A stretch of 64,000 bases of DNA from Kiloniellaceae bacterium. Its GTDB lineage: Bacteria > Pseudomonadota > Alphaproteobacteria > Kiloniellales > J153. The position numbers were made by a program, and so were the translations under genes. Location: assembly GCA_021776055.1 (NCBI GenBank), contig JAJFGP010000144.1, positions 865-64,864 on the forward strand. The letters run 5' to 3'. Of the stretch, positions 28,942 through 37,999 are shown piece by piece (positions within the stretch are counted from its first letter, which is position 1; the number at the start of each line of letters is the position of its first letter). A model generated the notes under the pieces. That model did not search any database and was not told the origin of the DNA. It saw nothing but the letters and a program-made list of their open reading frames with translations.

Positions 28942-29081
28942 TGGCCTCGGTTATCGCATCCCAGGTGGCGAACGGCTCCAGGCCGTCGTGCAGGGCATGG
29001 TGATCCGGCGCCGACCCCCGAAAACGCGGTGTCATAATCGATCAGCGTGTTGTCGAGGTCGATATCGATCCGAATAGCCAT
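28926..29081 (-). pseudogene. Internally deleted HAD-family hydrolase remnant
   Basis: ATG 29081 gives MAIRIDIDLDNTLIDYDTAF (HAD motif I DxDNT). An adjacent frame gives PFATWDAI, typical of this family's extreme C-terminus. The region is only 156 nt. Confidence 0.65.
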
Positions 29082-29084
29082 CAC

Positions 29085-30266
29085 CTAATCCTGATCCCGG
29101 GTGAACGACATGAAGACCGTTTCGCGGGCGAACAGCCGGCCGAAGCGAGAACAGGCGCTAACCGCAGCTCCGTCAATGGACGGGCGCGCCCAGAGATCGC
29201 CGATCTCGAGGAACGCCGCTTCGATCTCGGGATCGAGTGCCGCGAATGCCGCGCCGAAGCCGAGGGCGATACGACCGATCTCGGCGTGAACGTCGGGCTC
29301 AATGTTGCCATCATCCCGCCACGCCTTCTCGAACGCTTGCGCGTTCGAAAGTAGCGCGTTGCCGAGCGCTTTCAGAGGCTGGTTGTGGGCGGGGGTGCGG
29401 GGCGGGAAGGTGCGTCGGTGGTCGATGAAGTTGTGAATATTCGCGTCGAACGCCTCAACGAAGCTCCGGTTGAAGCCACGGTTGCGGCCTTCCAGTTCCT
29501 TGAACCAGCGCCAATCGGTGCGGAATGCGGGCGTGGAGGCCATGAACTCCATGGTTTCGCCCACATCCTCAATAACGCTCTCGGGCGTCATGGTGATATT
29601 CAGGAAATGGGGGTTGAGCATGTTGTCCTGAACCCAGTCACCGTGGCTGCGGTTCATGCCGGCGATCGTCGCGAGCTGCGGGCCGAAGACCTCGACAAGC
29701 TGCTCAGTCTGGCTCTCGAAATCCGCATCGCGATCAAGTATGCGAAGCGAAAGCAACTTGCGGAAGATGGTGGGCGCGAGGGCGACCGGAGGCACCATGG
29801 TGAGCACAAGAACACCACCCGGCGCGACAAGGCCTGCAAGCTTGGCGATCAGCGCGCGTTCGTGGGCAAGCCCACCCAGCCAGTTCTCGCAGATTACGAT
29901 GTCGTAACCCTGGATTGCCGCGAAGTCCTGAAAGCGCATCTCGTGAAGAGTCGGGGCCGTGTGCGGCAGATCGAGCGCCCCATAGAGCGCGCGGATATCG
30001 GCAATACCAACCGGGTTGGGCTCCACCAGATCGTAAGTTGCCGGCATGGAGGTCGCGATGTAGAGACTGTTGCGGCCTGAGCCAGGCGCAATTTCAAGCA
30101 CACGACTGCTCTTGAACGCCACGGCGGGCAGGCCGAGCGCGCGATAGAGCGAATCCCGGATGCGCAGGTGCGCGCCTAACTCGCTGCTGTTGTAGCGCAC
30201 GGGCGAGATGCCCTTGTCCAGATAGTAGGCCAGATGGCCGTCCATACCTGCACTCGCACGGGTCAT
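29085..30266 (-). CDS. Class I SAM methyltransferase
   Basis: VLEIAPGSG motif I, YDIVICE and LVAPGG. Confidence 0.8.
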   Translation of the reverse strand: MTRASAGMDGHLAYYLDKGISPVRYNSSELGAHLRIRDSLYRALGLPAVAFKSSRVLEIAPGSGRNSLYIATSMPATYDLVEPNPVGIADIRALYGALDLPHTAPTLHEMRFQDFAAIQGYDIVICENWLGGLAHERALIAKLAGLVAPGGVLVLTMVPPVALAPTIFRKLLSLRILDRDADFESQTEQLVEVFGPQLATIAGMNRSHGDWVQDNMLNPHFLNITMTPESVIEDVGETMEFMASTPAFRTDWRWFKELEGRNRGFNRSFVEAFDANIHNFIDHRRTFPPRTPAHNQPLKALGNALLSNAQAFEKAWRDDGNIEPDVHAEIGRIALGFGAAFAALDPEIEAAFLEIGDLWARPSIDGAAVSACSRFGRLFARETVFMSFTRDQD

Positions 30267-31033
30267 CGCGCCCCCCCGTCCAGCGGCAGGATTGCCCCGG
30301 CCCCGAATGTATTATACTCGGAAGCGAGGAACCGGATGAATGGCACCACATCGTCGGGCGACCCTAAGCGTCCCAGCGACATGGAATTCTCCAGATACGC
30401 GCTTACGTTCTCGGGGTTATCCGTCTGGGCGCGGTGCCAGGCGTTGCCGTCGGCGGCGACGGCACCCAGCATCACAGCGCAGACGACGATGCCATCGGCG
30501 GCGAGTTCGCGGCCAAGCGTCGTGACATAGGCGTTGAGCGCCGCCTTGGCCGCATTGTAGGCAGGCGCGCCCTCGCAGGTTACGGCGACACGCGACGACA
30601 GCATGATGATGCGTCCCCAGCCGCTTGCCTTCATGGCCGGTACGGCGGCGTTGTTCACGGCGATTGTGCTTCCCACGTTCAAACGCCAGACCCGCTCCCA
30701 ATCGTTGGGTGGCGCCATGGCGTCGCGCAACCCCAGACTGCCGCCGGCACAGTGAACCATCACATCGAAAGCGCCACCCTCGGCGAGCAACCCATCGACC
30801 GTAGCCGTGGCATGCACCGTATCCGTAAGATCGGCAGTGCCCCACGCGTGACCCGCGTCCACCCCACCCATCTCATCGACCAGTGATTTAAGGCGGTCTT
30901 CGCGACGCGCAACGACAGCGACCCGCGCACCGCCTTGGGCGAAGGCGATTGCCGCTGCTCGTCCAATGCCTTGGCTTGCGCCGGTAACCAGCACGCGCCG
31001 GCCTGTGTGATCGATGGTTAATGGCAAGCTCAT
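30263..31033 (-). CDS. Short-chain dehydrogenase/reductase
   Basis: TGASQGIG, SS and YNAAK motifs. Confidence 0.92.
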   Translation of the reverse strand: MSLPLTIDHTGRRVLVTGASQGIGRAAAIAFAQGGARVAVVARREDRLKSLVDEMGGVDAGHAWGTADLTDTVHATATVDGLLAEGGAFDVMVHCAGGSLGLRDAMAPPNDWERVWRLNVGSTIAVNNAAVPAMKASGWGRIIMLSSRVAVTCEGAPAYNAAKAALNAYVTTLGRELAADGIVVCAVMLGAVAADGNAWHRAQTDNPENVSAYLENSMSLGRLGSPDDVVPFIRFLASEYNTFGAGAILPLDGGAR

Positions 31034-31473
31034 GCGTCAGCCGTCATATATTGTCGGTAGAGAGGATTTTCATCTGTATTGCCCTCATGTATCTGAAATG
31101 CGTAGAGGGTCGGGAAGCAATCTTCCAATTCGACACGGGAACCGATCGACAGGTTCTCGCAGGCAAAGTGGATCTCGTACCCCATGTCGAGAATTTCACC
31201 CATGAAGGCAACATCGATCTTGTCGCCGTAGGCGAACTGTTGCAAGCGAAGGAAGATTAGGCCGTCCATGGCCGGACTCAAAGCGAGCCGGGCGCGGAGC
31301 GTATACTGCTCGTACATGAAGGCCGGATCCTCGGCGACGTAGAACGACACCGTGCCGCCGAGCCTCGCCGCCATCTCACCGATCACCACATGCTGCAGGC
31401 GGCTCGGCATGGTTGCCGCGGACATCATGTCGAGGCTGGAGTAAAAAATTTTCATGGTCGCGTTACCGATCAT
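31030..31473 (-). CDS. Divergent LIC12192-like paralog
   Basis: P.RLQ..VI, P.MDGLIF and ILDMGYEIHFACENLSI align with 25920..26357 (PQHVQNLVI, PNLDGVVL, ILAAGASLHGAVENLTI). Confidence 0.65.
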   Translation of the reverse strand: MIGNATMKIFYSSLDMMSAATMPSRLQHVVIGEMAARLGGTVSFYVAEDPAFMYEQYTLRARLALSPAMDGLIFLRLQQFAYGDKIDVAFMGEILDMGYEIHFACENLSIGSRVELEDCFPTLYAFQIHEGNTDENPLYRQYMTADA

Positions 31474-32251
31474 CCATTGCCGTTTCGCGCTCGCTCTTGA
31501 TGGCGAGATCGGCGAGCGGCGAAAGACGCAGGATGCGGAAGAAGTCCGGCAATCGCTTCGCTCCTTGGGGAGAGAACAGGTTCTTATAGCGGATATTAAG
31601 CGACCAGCGCGTCTCCACCTCTTCGTTCACCGGGATTACGTGCATCAATCCAGTCCAGAAGAAGCAGGCTGTGCCGAAGGAAGCCTCGATGCGATGGCCG
31701 ACTCGCTTCGCCTTCTCGTAGACCTTGTCGGCGCCGTCCTTGCCAGCGACGCGAAGGTCGGCGATCACCTCATTCGTACCCTTGCGATCGAGAAGAGATA
31801 TCCCCTTGGTGCCGTAGCAATCCACCAGCGGAATCCACAGCACCACCTCGAAGGGCGAGTTCGGTGGCGCGTCCCGGTGGATCGGCGAGACGTCGATATC
31901 GCCCGGCTGCTGAATGACGATGTTGCACGACTTCTGCACGGCAACGTCCGGCCCGACGAGTCGCAGCAGGCTGTCCTGAAACGCATCAAAGATGACCTCG
32001 CCGGCATCAAGGCGTTCGTTAAAACCTCGGATCATCGCCATGCGAAAGTCGTTTAGTTCGGCGCCCGACATTTCACGCTTGTGGAATTCGTTCATGAAGG
32101 CGGCCGCATCATCGCCGGCGTCGCACAGATTGCCCGCCTCCTCGAACAATGTTCGGCGGATCAGCTCGAGCTTGTCGAGCGCGTCGGCATGGGCGATGGC
32201 GAAGCCCGTTTCCCTGAATTCGTTTAGGAATGTGTTTTTCAACTCATGCAC
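31463..32251 (-). CDS. Second sporadic-cluster 2OG-Fe(II) oxygenase paralog
   Basis: IHRD, SPFEVVLWIPLVD and MH..PVN...TRWSLNIRYK.L.SP, collinear with 26350..27177. Confidence 0.82.
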   Translation of the reverse strand: MHELKNTFLNEFRETGFAIAHADALDKLELIRRTLFEEAGNLCDAGDDAAAFMNEFHKREMSGAELNDFRMAMIRGFNERLDAGEVIFDAFQDSLLRLVGPDVAVQKSCNIVIQQPGDIDVSPIHRDAPPNSPFEVVLWIPLVDCYGTKGISLLDRKGTNEVIADLRVAGKDGADKVYEKAKRVGHRIEASFGTACFFWTGLMHVIPVNEEVETRWSLNIRYKNLFSPQGAKRLPDFFRILRLSPLADLAIKSERETAMDDR

Positions 32252-33503
32252 TCAACTCAGCAAGGGTCGGAAGCGGCACGACGATTCGCCCGCCCGCCCG
32301 CAGGTAAGCCTGTTGTCTTGCAACGATGGGCTCGGCGTAGCGCCAGGCGAGCAGGATCACCAGGCCCGGGTTTGCCGCCCCAAGATCGTCGCCGTGGCGC
32401 ACCGGCAACGTATAGCCCGGCCCCTCGAACCTGTCCTTGAACGGGTTGTCGTCGAACAGCGCGTCGAGCTTGTCCTGGAGTTCGAGTTGATGGATCAACG
32501 CGATGCAGCCGACAGAGGTTCCGTAAGCTGCCACCGTTCCGCCGCTGGCACGAGTCTCGGCGATCAGCTTGTGCAATTCGGCCCGCGTCTCGGCGGCACG
32601 TGCCGCGAAGGCTCCGTGGCGGTCCGGGTCGTAGAGGCGTGATTGTTCTTCGAGATCGATCAACACAGCCACCTCGGGAGCCTCCGGCCGCGCGCTGTCG
32701 TCGCGTTGCATCCAGAAGCGGATGGAGCCCCCCTTCATGGGGATGCGCTCAGCGTCGAAGACGGCGAGGCCGTGACGGCGAAAGGCAGTGGCCACCGGCT
32801 TCACCGAGAAACAAGTAATGTGTTCGTGATAGAGGACATCGAGCAGGAACTTATCGAGCACGTCGAGCGCATACTGGGTCTCGAACACAAAGGCGCCATC
32901 GTCCGCGAGCAAAACCCGCACACCTCGCAGTACGTCGCCGAGATCGTCGATATTGGCCATGGCGTTGTTGGCGAGCACGACGCGCGCCGGGCCGTGCTCC
33001 GCTTTGATCTCGTGGGCGATGGCCTCGGTGAAGAAGTCGCTTCGTGTCGGAATACCCCGCGCCGTCGCCTCAGCCGCAATGGCGTTCGCCGGATCTATCC
33101 CCTGGACGCGCATGCCGGCCTTACGAAAAAAGCCGAGCAGCGTGCCGTCGTTGCTGCCAAACTCGACCACAAGGTCATTGGACTTCAACCCAAGACGCGC
33201 GATCACAGATTCGTTCAAGCTCTTGAAGTGTTCGGCAAGGCCGAGTGAGCCTGCGGTTCGATAAAGATAATTGCCATAGACCAGCGCCGGATCCACAACG
33301 TTCAGCATCTGGATCAACCCGCAGGCCCGACAAAGGTAATTATCGAGCGGTGCGGTGATGCAGGTCAGCGGTTCGCTGTCACGGCCTTTCACAGTGCCGA
33401 CGTTGGGCGAGACGATGGGGACCTGAGGCATGGGCATGCTACACACCAGGTCGGTCGAGGTGCAGGCGCGGCAGGTCTTGCGGTTATGCACGAGCGCACC
33501 CAT
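32244..33503 (-). CDS. NDP-sugar C-methyltransferase family (Zn-binding)
   Basis: CRAC...CRAC, YLYRT, EFGSNDG, GIDPA, YHEH and GGSIR motifs. Start ATG 33503. Confidence 0.88.
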   Translation of the reverse strand: MGALVHNRKTCRACTSTDLVCSMPMPQVPIVSPNVGTVKGRDSEPLTCITAPLDNYLCRACGLIQMLNVVDPALVYGNYLYRTAGSLGLAEHFKSLNESVIARLGLKSNDLVVEFGSNDGTLLGFFRKAGMRVQGIDPANAIAAEATARGIPTRSDFFTEAIAHEIKAEHGPARVVLANNAMANIDDLGDVLRGVRVLLADDGAFVFETQYALDVLDKFLLDVLYHEHITCFSVKPVATAFRRHGLAVFDAERIPMKGGSIRFWMQRDDSARPEAPEVAVLIDLEEQSRLYDPDRHGAFAARAAETRAELHKLIAETRASGGTVAAYGTSVGCIALIHQLELQDKLDALFDDNPFKDRFEGPGYTLPVRHGDDLGAANPGLVILLAWRYAEPIVARQQAYLRAGGRIVVPLPTLAELSA

Positions 33504-33504
33504 C

Positions 33505-34557
33505 TCAGGCCGCCACCCGCTGCCAGATGGCTTCGCATAGCGCGAGGTCACGGCGCCCGGTCTCGCCGTCGGTGGCGGGGGTTGCCTCGCCGAGCAGGCA
33601 GTCGACGAAGCCTTTGGCCTGGCGGGCGAACGACCAACCCTGACCGACTTCAATATGCTGTGCCGGGTGGCCGTCGGTCTCGGTTTCGATGACCATGCGC
33701 GTGACAGCTTCCCTGTCCATGGGTGACGGCACGGCGATAGCGAGGCGGCCGTTCTCGAACAGGAACTCGGCGCCCTCGATCCAACGCCCGGTGTCGGCCT
33801 TCGCAACGATGAGTGAAACCGGGATGTCGCCTGAGCGGAGCGACACGCGCAGGCCCCCTTGGTGAGGCAACAGCCCGGCGTCGGCGACTGTGAGATCGTG
33901 ACCGAGGAAATAACTCATCAAGTTCACGTCGTGGGAGCCGTGGTTCATGAACCAGGCGTAGGCGTCTCGGTGCGGTTCCGCGATCCATTCAGGCCAAAGC
34001 GGCCAAGTCTCGAAGCGGACTTCGCGGCTCTCAGCCGGGCGCACATGGCGGGGCGGCGGGTGAGCGTAGTTGCGAGAATAGTCATAGAAATTGGCGAACA
34101 ACAGCGGGCCGAGAGCTTGCGTCTCCAGTAGCGATCCGAATGCTTGTCGTGCAGCCTCGATACCCGGATCGTAGCGTTTCATATAGCCAACCGCGTAGAT
34201 TAGGTCGCGCGCCCGCCCCGCGCCGACAAGGCGTTCGGCTTGTTCGACGGTGTGCGCCATGGGTTTTTCCGTCATTACATGCTTGCCGGCTTCAAGCGCG
34301 GCGAGAGTGATGGGCCCGGTCGCCGAGCGGGGCATGCTGATAACCACCGCGTCGATCGCGGAGTCCTTGAGCAGCGCGTCATGGTCGGCGACGATTGCCG
34401 CATTGCCCACGGCGCCGGTGAGCGCTGCGACGAGCGACGGTCGGAATTCAGCAACGGCGGCGACGCGACAACGGGAATCGGACAAGTAGAACGGCAGATG
34501 CGCGATCTGCGCGATCATGCCGCCGCCGATTATGCCGATTACGGGGATTTCATTCAT
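33505..34557 (-). CDS. Gfo/Idh/MocA family oxidoreductase
   Basis: GGGMIA, EKP, GYMKRYDP and HD motifs. Confidence 0.88.
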   Translation of the reverse strand: MNEIPVIGIIGGGMIAQIAHLPFYLSDSRCRVAAVAEFRPSLVAALTGAVGNAAIVADHDALLKDSAIDAVVISMPRSATGPITLAALEAGKHVMTEKPMAHTVEQAERLVGAGRARDLIYAVGYMKRYDPGIEAARQAFGSLLETQALGPLLFANFYDYSRNYAHPPPRHVRPAESREVRFETWPLWPEWIAEPHRDAYAWFMNHGSHDVNLMSYFLGHDLTVADAGLLPHQGGLRVSLRSGDIPVSLIVAKADTGRWIEGAEFLFENGRLAIAVPSPMDREAVTRMVIETETDGHPAQHIEVGQGWSFARQAKGFVDCLLGEATPATDGETGRRDLALCEAIWQRVAA

Positions 34558-34593
34558 GAGTAATTGACAGGGAAGAGGCCCGTCCAGTTGCGG

Positions 34594-35628
34594 TCAACCG
34601 AGGCCACGCTCCTGCATAGTGCGGATGTTGAAGTAGCTGGGGTCGTCCATGGTGTTTTTAAGGCGTCCGTCCTTGAAGGCGGCAAGCAAATCCCTAACCG
34701 CATCCTCGATGGTCCCTTCCGCCTCGAAGCCGAGTCGCGCATGGAGCTTTTCGGACGAGACCTTGTAGGACCGCTCATCATCGGTGGGCACGACCTCGAA
34801 TTCGATGTCGCCGCCATAAACGTTGTCGCGCTCGACCACCCGCTTCACGGTCTCGGCGATCTCCATCACCGACGCGTTGTGGTAGCCGGCATTGAATACC
34901 TCGCCGTCGATCATCTCTTCGGGCAGGGCGAGTACGGTCTCGTAAAGCCGCGCCATGTCGTCTATGTGAATGTTGGGACGCAGTTGGTTGCCACCGAACA
35001 CTTTAATTTTTTTGTTGATGATCGCGTGGTTGGTGAGGATGTTCACAATCACGTCGAGGCGCTGGCGCGAGCTGTAACCGCATACTGTCGCCGGGCGTAT
35101 GGTCAGTGTCACGAAGCCGGGCTCGCGCTCCTCATCGAGGATAACCTCGCACATCGCCTTGAAGCGCGAATAGTCGGTGAGCGGTTCAAGGGGCAGGTCC
35201 TCGGTGACCTCAAGATCGTCCTTGATGCCGTAAACGCTCGACGACGAGGCATAGACGAATCTCTTGACGCCGGCCCGCTTGGCGGCTTGTACCAGGGGGC
35301 GGAAGGCGTCGTAATTGATGGACTTGCCGAGGGCCGGGTCGAGCTCGAACGACGGATCGTTGGACATGCAGGCGAGATGAACGACCGAATCGCATCCCGC
35401 AAGCGCCTTCTCCACCGCCGCCGGGTGGCGCAAGTCGCCTCGGACCTGGATAAGGCGCGGATGATCAGCGACAGCATCGAGCACGTCATGGCCGAACAGA
35501 TAGAGGTCGAGCACAGTCACGGTGTAACCGCCATCAAGCAGACGCGGAACCAGAGCACAGCCCACGTAACCCGCGCCGCCGGTAATCAGGACATGGCCGG
35601 GTGCGCCTTGGGCTTCAATCGTTGTCAT
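34594..35628 (-). CDS. NAD-dependent NDP-sugar epimerase/dehydratase
   Basis: TGGAGYVG, SNDPS, ASSSSVYG and YSRFK. Start ATG 35628. Confidence 0.9.
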   Translation of the reverse strand: MTTIEAQGAPGHVLITGGAGYVGCALVPRLLDGGYTVTVLDLYLFGHDVLDAVADHPRLIQVRGDLRHPAAVEKALAGCDSVVHLACMSNDPSFELDPALGKSINYDAFRPLVQAAKRAGVKRFVYASSSSVYGIKDDLEVTEDLPLEPLTDYSRFKAMCEVILDEEREPGFVTLTIRPATVCGYSSRQRLDVIVNILTNHAIINKKIKVFGGNQLRPNIHIDDMARLYETVLALPEEMIDGEVFNAGYHNASVMEIAETVKRVVERDNVYGGDIEFEVVPTDDERSYKVSSEKLHARLGFEAEGTIEDAVRDLLAAFKDGRLKNTMDDPSYFNIRTMQERGLG

Positions 35629-35894
35629 TGTTCGGCTGTCCATCCAATATACATATCGAGGGCACCATGCAGAATGGCGAGGTGGCCGACCTCGACGAAA
35701 CCGCACTCGTGACTTGAAATTTGTACATTCAGATCACCGGGGACACAGAGCGGATTGCTGTCTTCGAGGTCCAAAAGCTTGTAGATCGTGCTGTCGTTGG
35801 CGTTGGCCGCTCGCGCGGTCGCCGTCAGGCCGTTGAGGGTTTGCATGTAGGCGGAGAATTTATCAAAAACGCTCAATGCGTTTCGGGAATTCAC
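35625..35894 (-). pseudogene. Internally deleted SIS/GmhA-like sugar isomerase (89 aa)
   Basis: C-terminus NPL..GDLNVQISS..CGFVEVGHLAILHGALD matches the SIS/GmhA C-terminal motif; the central GNGGS and SSSG motifs are missing. Coupled at both ends (GTGA, ATGA). Confidence 0.6.
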
Positions 35895-37912
35895 GTTACT
35901 TTTTCCACGTGGCGGAAAAAGAGCTTCAGGTTGCTGCGTTGGATCAATCGCCCAACGCCGCCCGGATGGTGGCGGTAGACATTGATCGAATTACGGATGT
36001 GCTTACGCTGTTCGCTGGTGTGGAAGAACCTGAGCCGAGTGTCTTCGGCAATATTGGCTCCTGTCTCGATGGCATCGACGCCGTCACCGATGCCCTTGGA
36101 GAAGTCGTAGCGGAATTCCGCCTCACGGGTGTCGACGTGCTCGTGTACGTCCGCCTTAAGAAAGGTCACGTAACGAGCAAGTTCGCCAAGGTAGTCGGAA
36201 ACTGAGCCGCTATGCTTGCCGCGCTCGGCGAGTACGGCGAAAGCCCCTGTCATAAGCGCCCTGGTCAAATCCTCAAACTCCAGATACATGAGCGCGCGGT
36301 GGCCGAGCAACTCGTTATTTGCGACCTTACCGTCTAAAATACCTTGAAAATGAGCCGTATCAGAAACGGCGGCCTGGGCCTCCTCGTGGGAATCAAACAG
36401 GTCTTCCTCGGTCTCGCGCTTGAAGCTTGCAATGATCTCCGTAAGACGCGGAGTGAACACCTCGGGGTGGGCGTGGATGTATTCAAGGATATCGAACGCG
36501 GGAACGCCGAGGTGACGGAGCGCGGTGAACACTTCCTCATAAAGGCCGTTGTTGATAAATGCCTCGACCAACAGGTTCATGATGCGGCACGAGACGTAAT
36601 CTTCGAATGGCATATCCTTACTGCCGACGATGATCTCTTCGATCTCGCCTGCGCGGATCACATCATTGCTGAACCGGTACTCGCCGACACACCCCGGAAT
36701 GATCCGGTAGCGGGTGAGGAGGCCGAAACGTTCGCGCGTCTCCTGCGAGGCCATGTCGGTGCCGAGCAGCAGCATGGCTTGAAACATGCGTATCGTACTG
36801 ACGCCGTTCTCGATGCACGAGCGAAGCGAGTTGAAATGTTTTTCGCGAGTGTCGCCCGGCAGGCAGAGTATGATCTCGGAAGCCGACATCCCGTACTCTT
36901 GGCTGTTCACGAATCCAACGAATTGCCGGTAGGCCTCCGTCGAAATATTCGAGCGTTTGATGTTCGCGAGGACCTCCGCGTCGGTGGATTGCACTGACGA
37001 GCCGAGAATCCATGAGCCGCCGAGGATTTTTGCCGTGTTGATAATCCGATCAGGCTTGTTTTTGCCCGCAGACGCCTTGACGACGAGCGGCCAGCGACGT
37101 TCCGCCTGGAGCTTGGCGATATACTCCGCCGTCTGCGTATCCTGCTTGTACATGCCGAAGTTGAGGTCGGTGATGATCAGCTCGTCCACGTCTTTTACCA
37201 TATCGGCGATGTAGGTTAACTCGGCGTCGGTTCGATCCGTCTTGAAGCGAACCACGCGGTTTTTCGACGCCAACCCGTCGGCGCAGAAGGCACAGCTGAA
37301 GGGACAGCCGCGCGTTGTCTCTATCATCGGGATCAGTGGCGTCTCGAAGAATTCATCGAGCATGCCGCTGAGATAAGGTGAAGGAATCTCGTTCACGTCG
37401 AGGATGCGCGCAACCTTGCCGATGATCATTTTTTCGCCCAGCAGATAGCAACCGTTTGGGATTATGTGACGTGCTTCCTTAAGTGCGTTGACGTCGAAAT
37501 TACATTCCTCGAGGCGGCTGAGAATGTCCACGAAGCCGATCTCGCCCTCGTTCTGGATATAGAAGTCGATGGCCGGGCGCTTCTCAAGGAATGCCTGCTG
37601 CTCATCCGCCAGCACCGGGAAATTGGGGCCACCAAACACAATAGCGATCCCAGGAAACCGTTCCTTGACCCAGCAGGCGACGCTGTAGCTCAGCTCGAAG
37701 TTCCAGGAATATCCGGAAAAGCCGATTACCCGTGGCTGCTCGATCTCAATCGCGGCCGATAGCTTGTCCGGAAACTTGAACAGATCAACGTCGAAGCGGT
37801 CACCAAGTTTTGCCTGGGCGTAACTCGCAACGAACGACCCGCCGAGCGGAAACGTCAGCGCAGAAATGCCCAACGCCGTATGGGTCAGGTCGCAGACGAA
37901 GATCTTATGCAC
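35891..37912 (-). CDS. B12-binding radical SAM protein
   Basis: FPLG, GFSGYSWN, GGPN and EGE cobalamin-binding region; ETTRGCPFSCAFC CxxxCxxC. GTG 37912 follows a GAGGT RBS. Confidence 0.9.
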   Translation of the reverse strand: MHKIFVCDLTHTALGISALTFPLGGSFVASYAQAKLGDRFDVDLFKFPDKLSAAIEIEQPRVIGFSGYSWNFELSYSVACWVKERFPGIAIVFGGPNFPVLADEQQAFLEKRPAIDFYIQNEGEIGFVDILSRLEECNFDVNALKEARHIIPNGCYLLGEKMIIGKVARILDVNEIPSPYLSGMLDEFFETPLIPMIETTRGCPFSCAFCADGLASKNRVVRFKTDRTDAELTYIADMVKDVDELIITDLNFGMYKQDTQTAEYIAKLQAERRWPLVVKASAGKNKPDRIINTAKILGGSWILGSSVQSTDAEVLANIKRSNISTEAYRQFVGFVNSQEYGMSASEIILCLPGDTREKHFNSLRSCIENGVSTIRMFQAMLLLGTDMASQETRERFGLLTRYRIIPGCVGEYRFSNDVIRAGEIEEIIVGSKDMPFEDYVSCRIMNLLVEAFINNGLYEEVFTALRHLGVPAFDILEYIHAHPEVFTPRLTEIIASFKRETEEDLFDSHEEAQAAVSDTAHFQGILDGKVANNELLGHRALMYLEFEDLTRALMTGAFAVLAERGKHSGSVSDYLGELARYVTFLKADVHEHVDTREAEFRYDFSKGIGDGVDAIETGANIAEDTRLRFFHTSEQRKHIRNSINVYRHHPGGVGRLIQRSNLKLFFRHVEKVT

Positions 37913-37999
37913 AGCCGGATACCTCGTATTGGCGGATTCGGCGATCCATAGAAATTGTACCATGCAAATGCCACCGGATCGCCTTTTGTGTAGAGTTCA

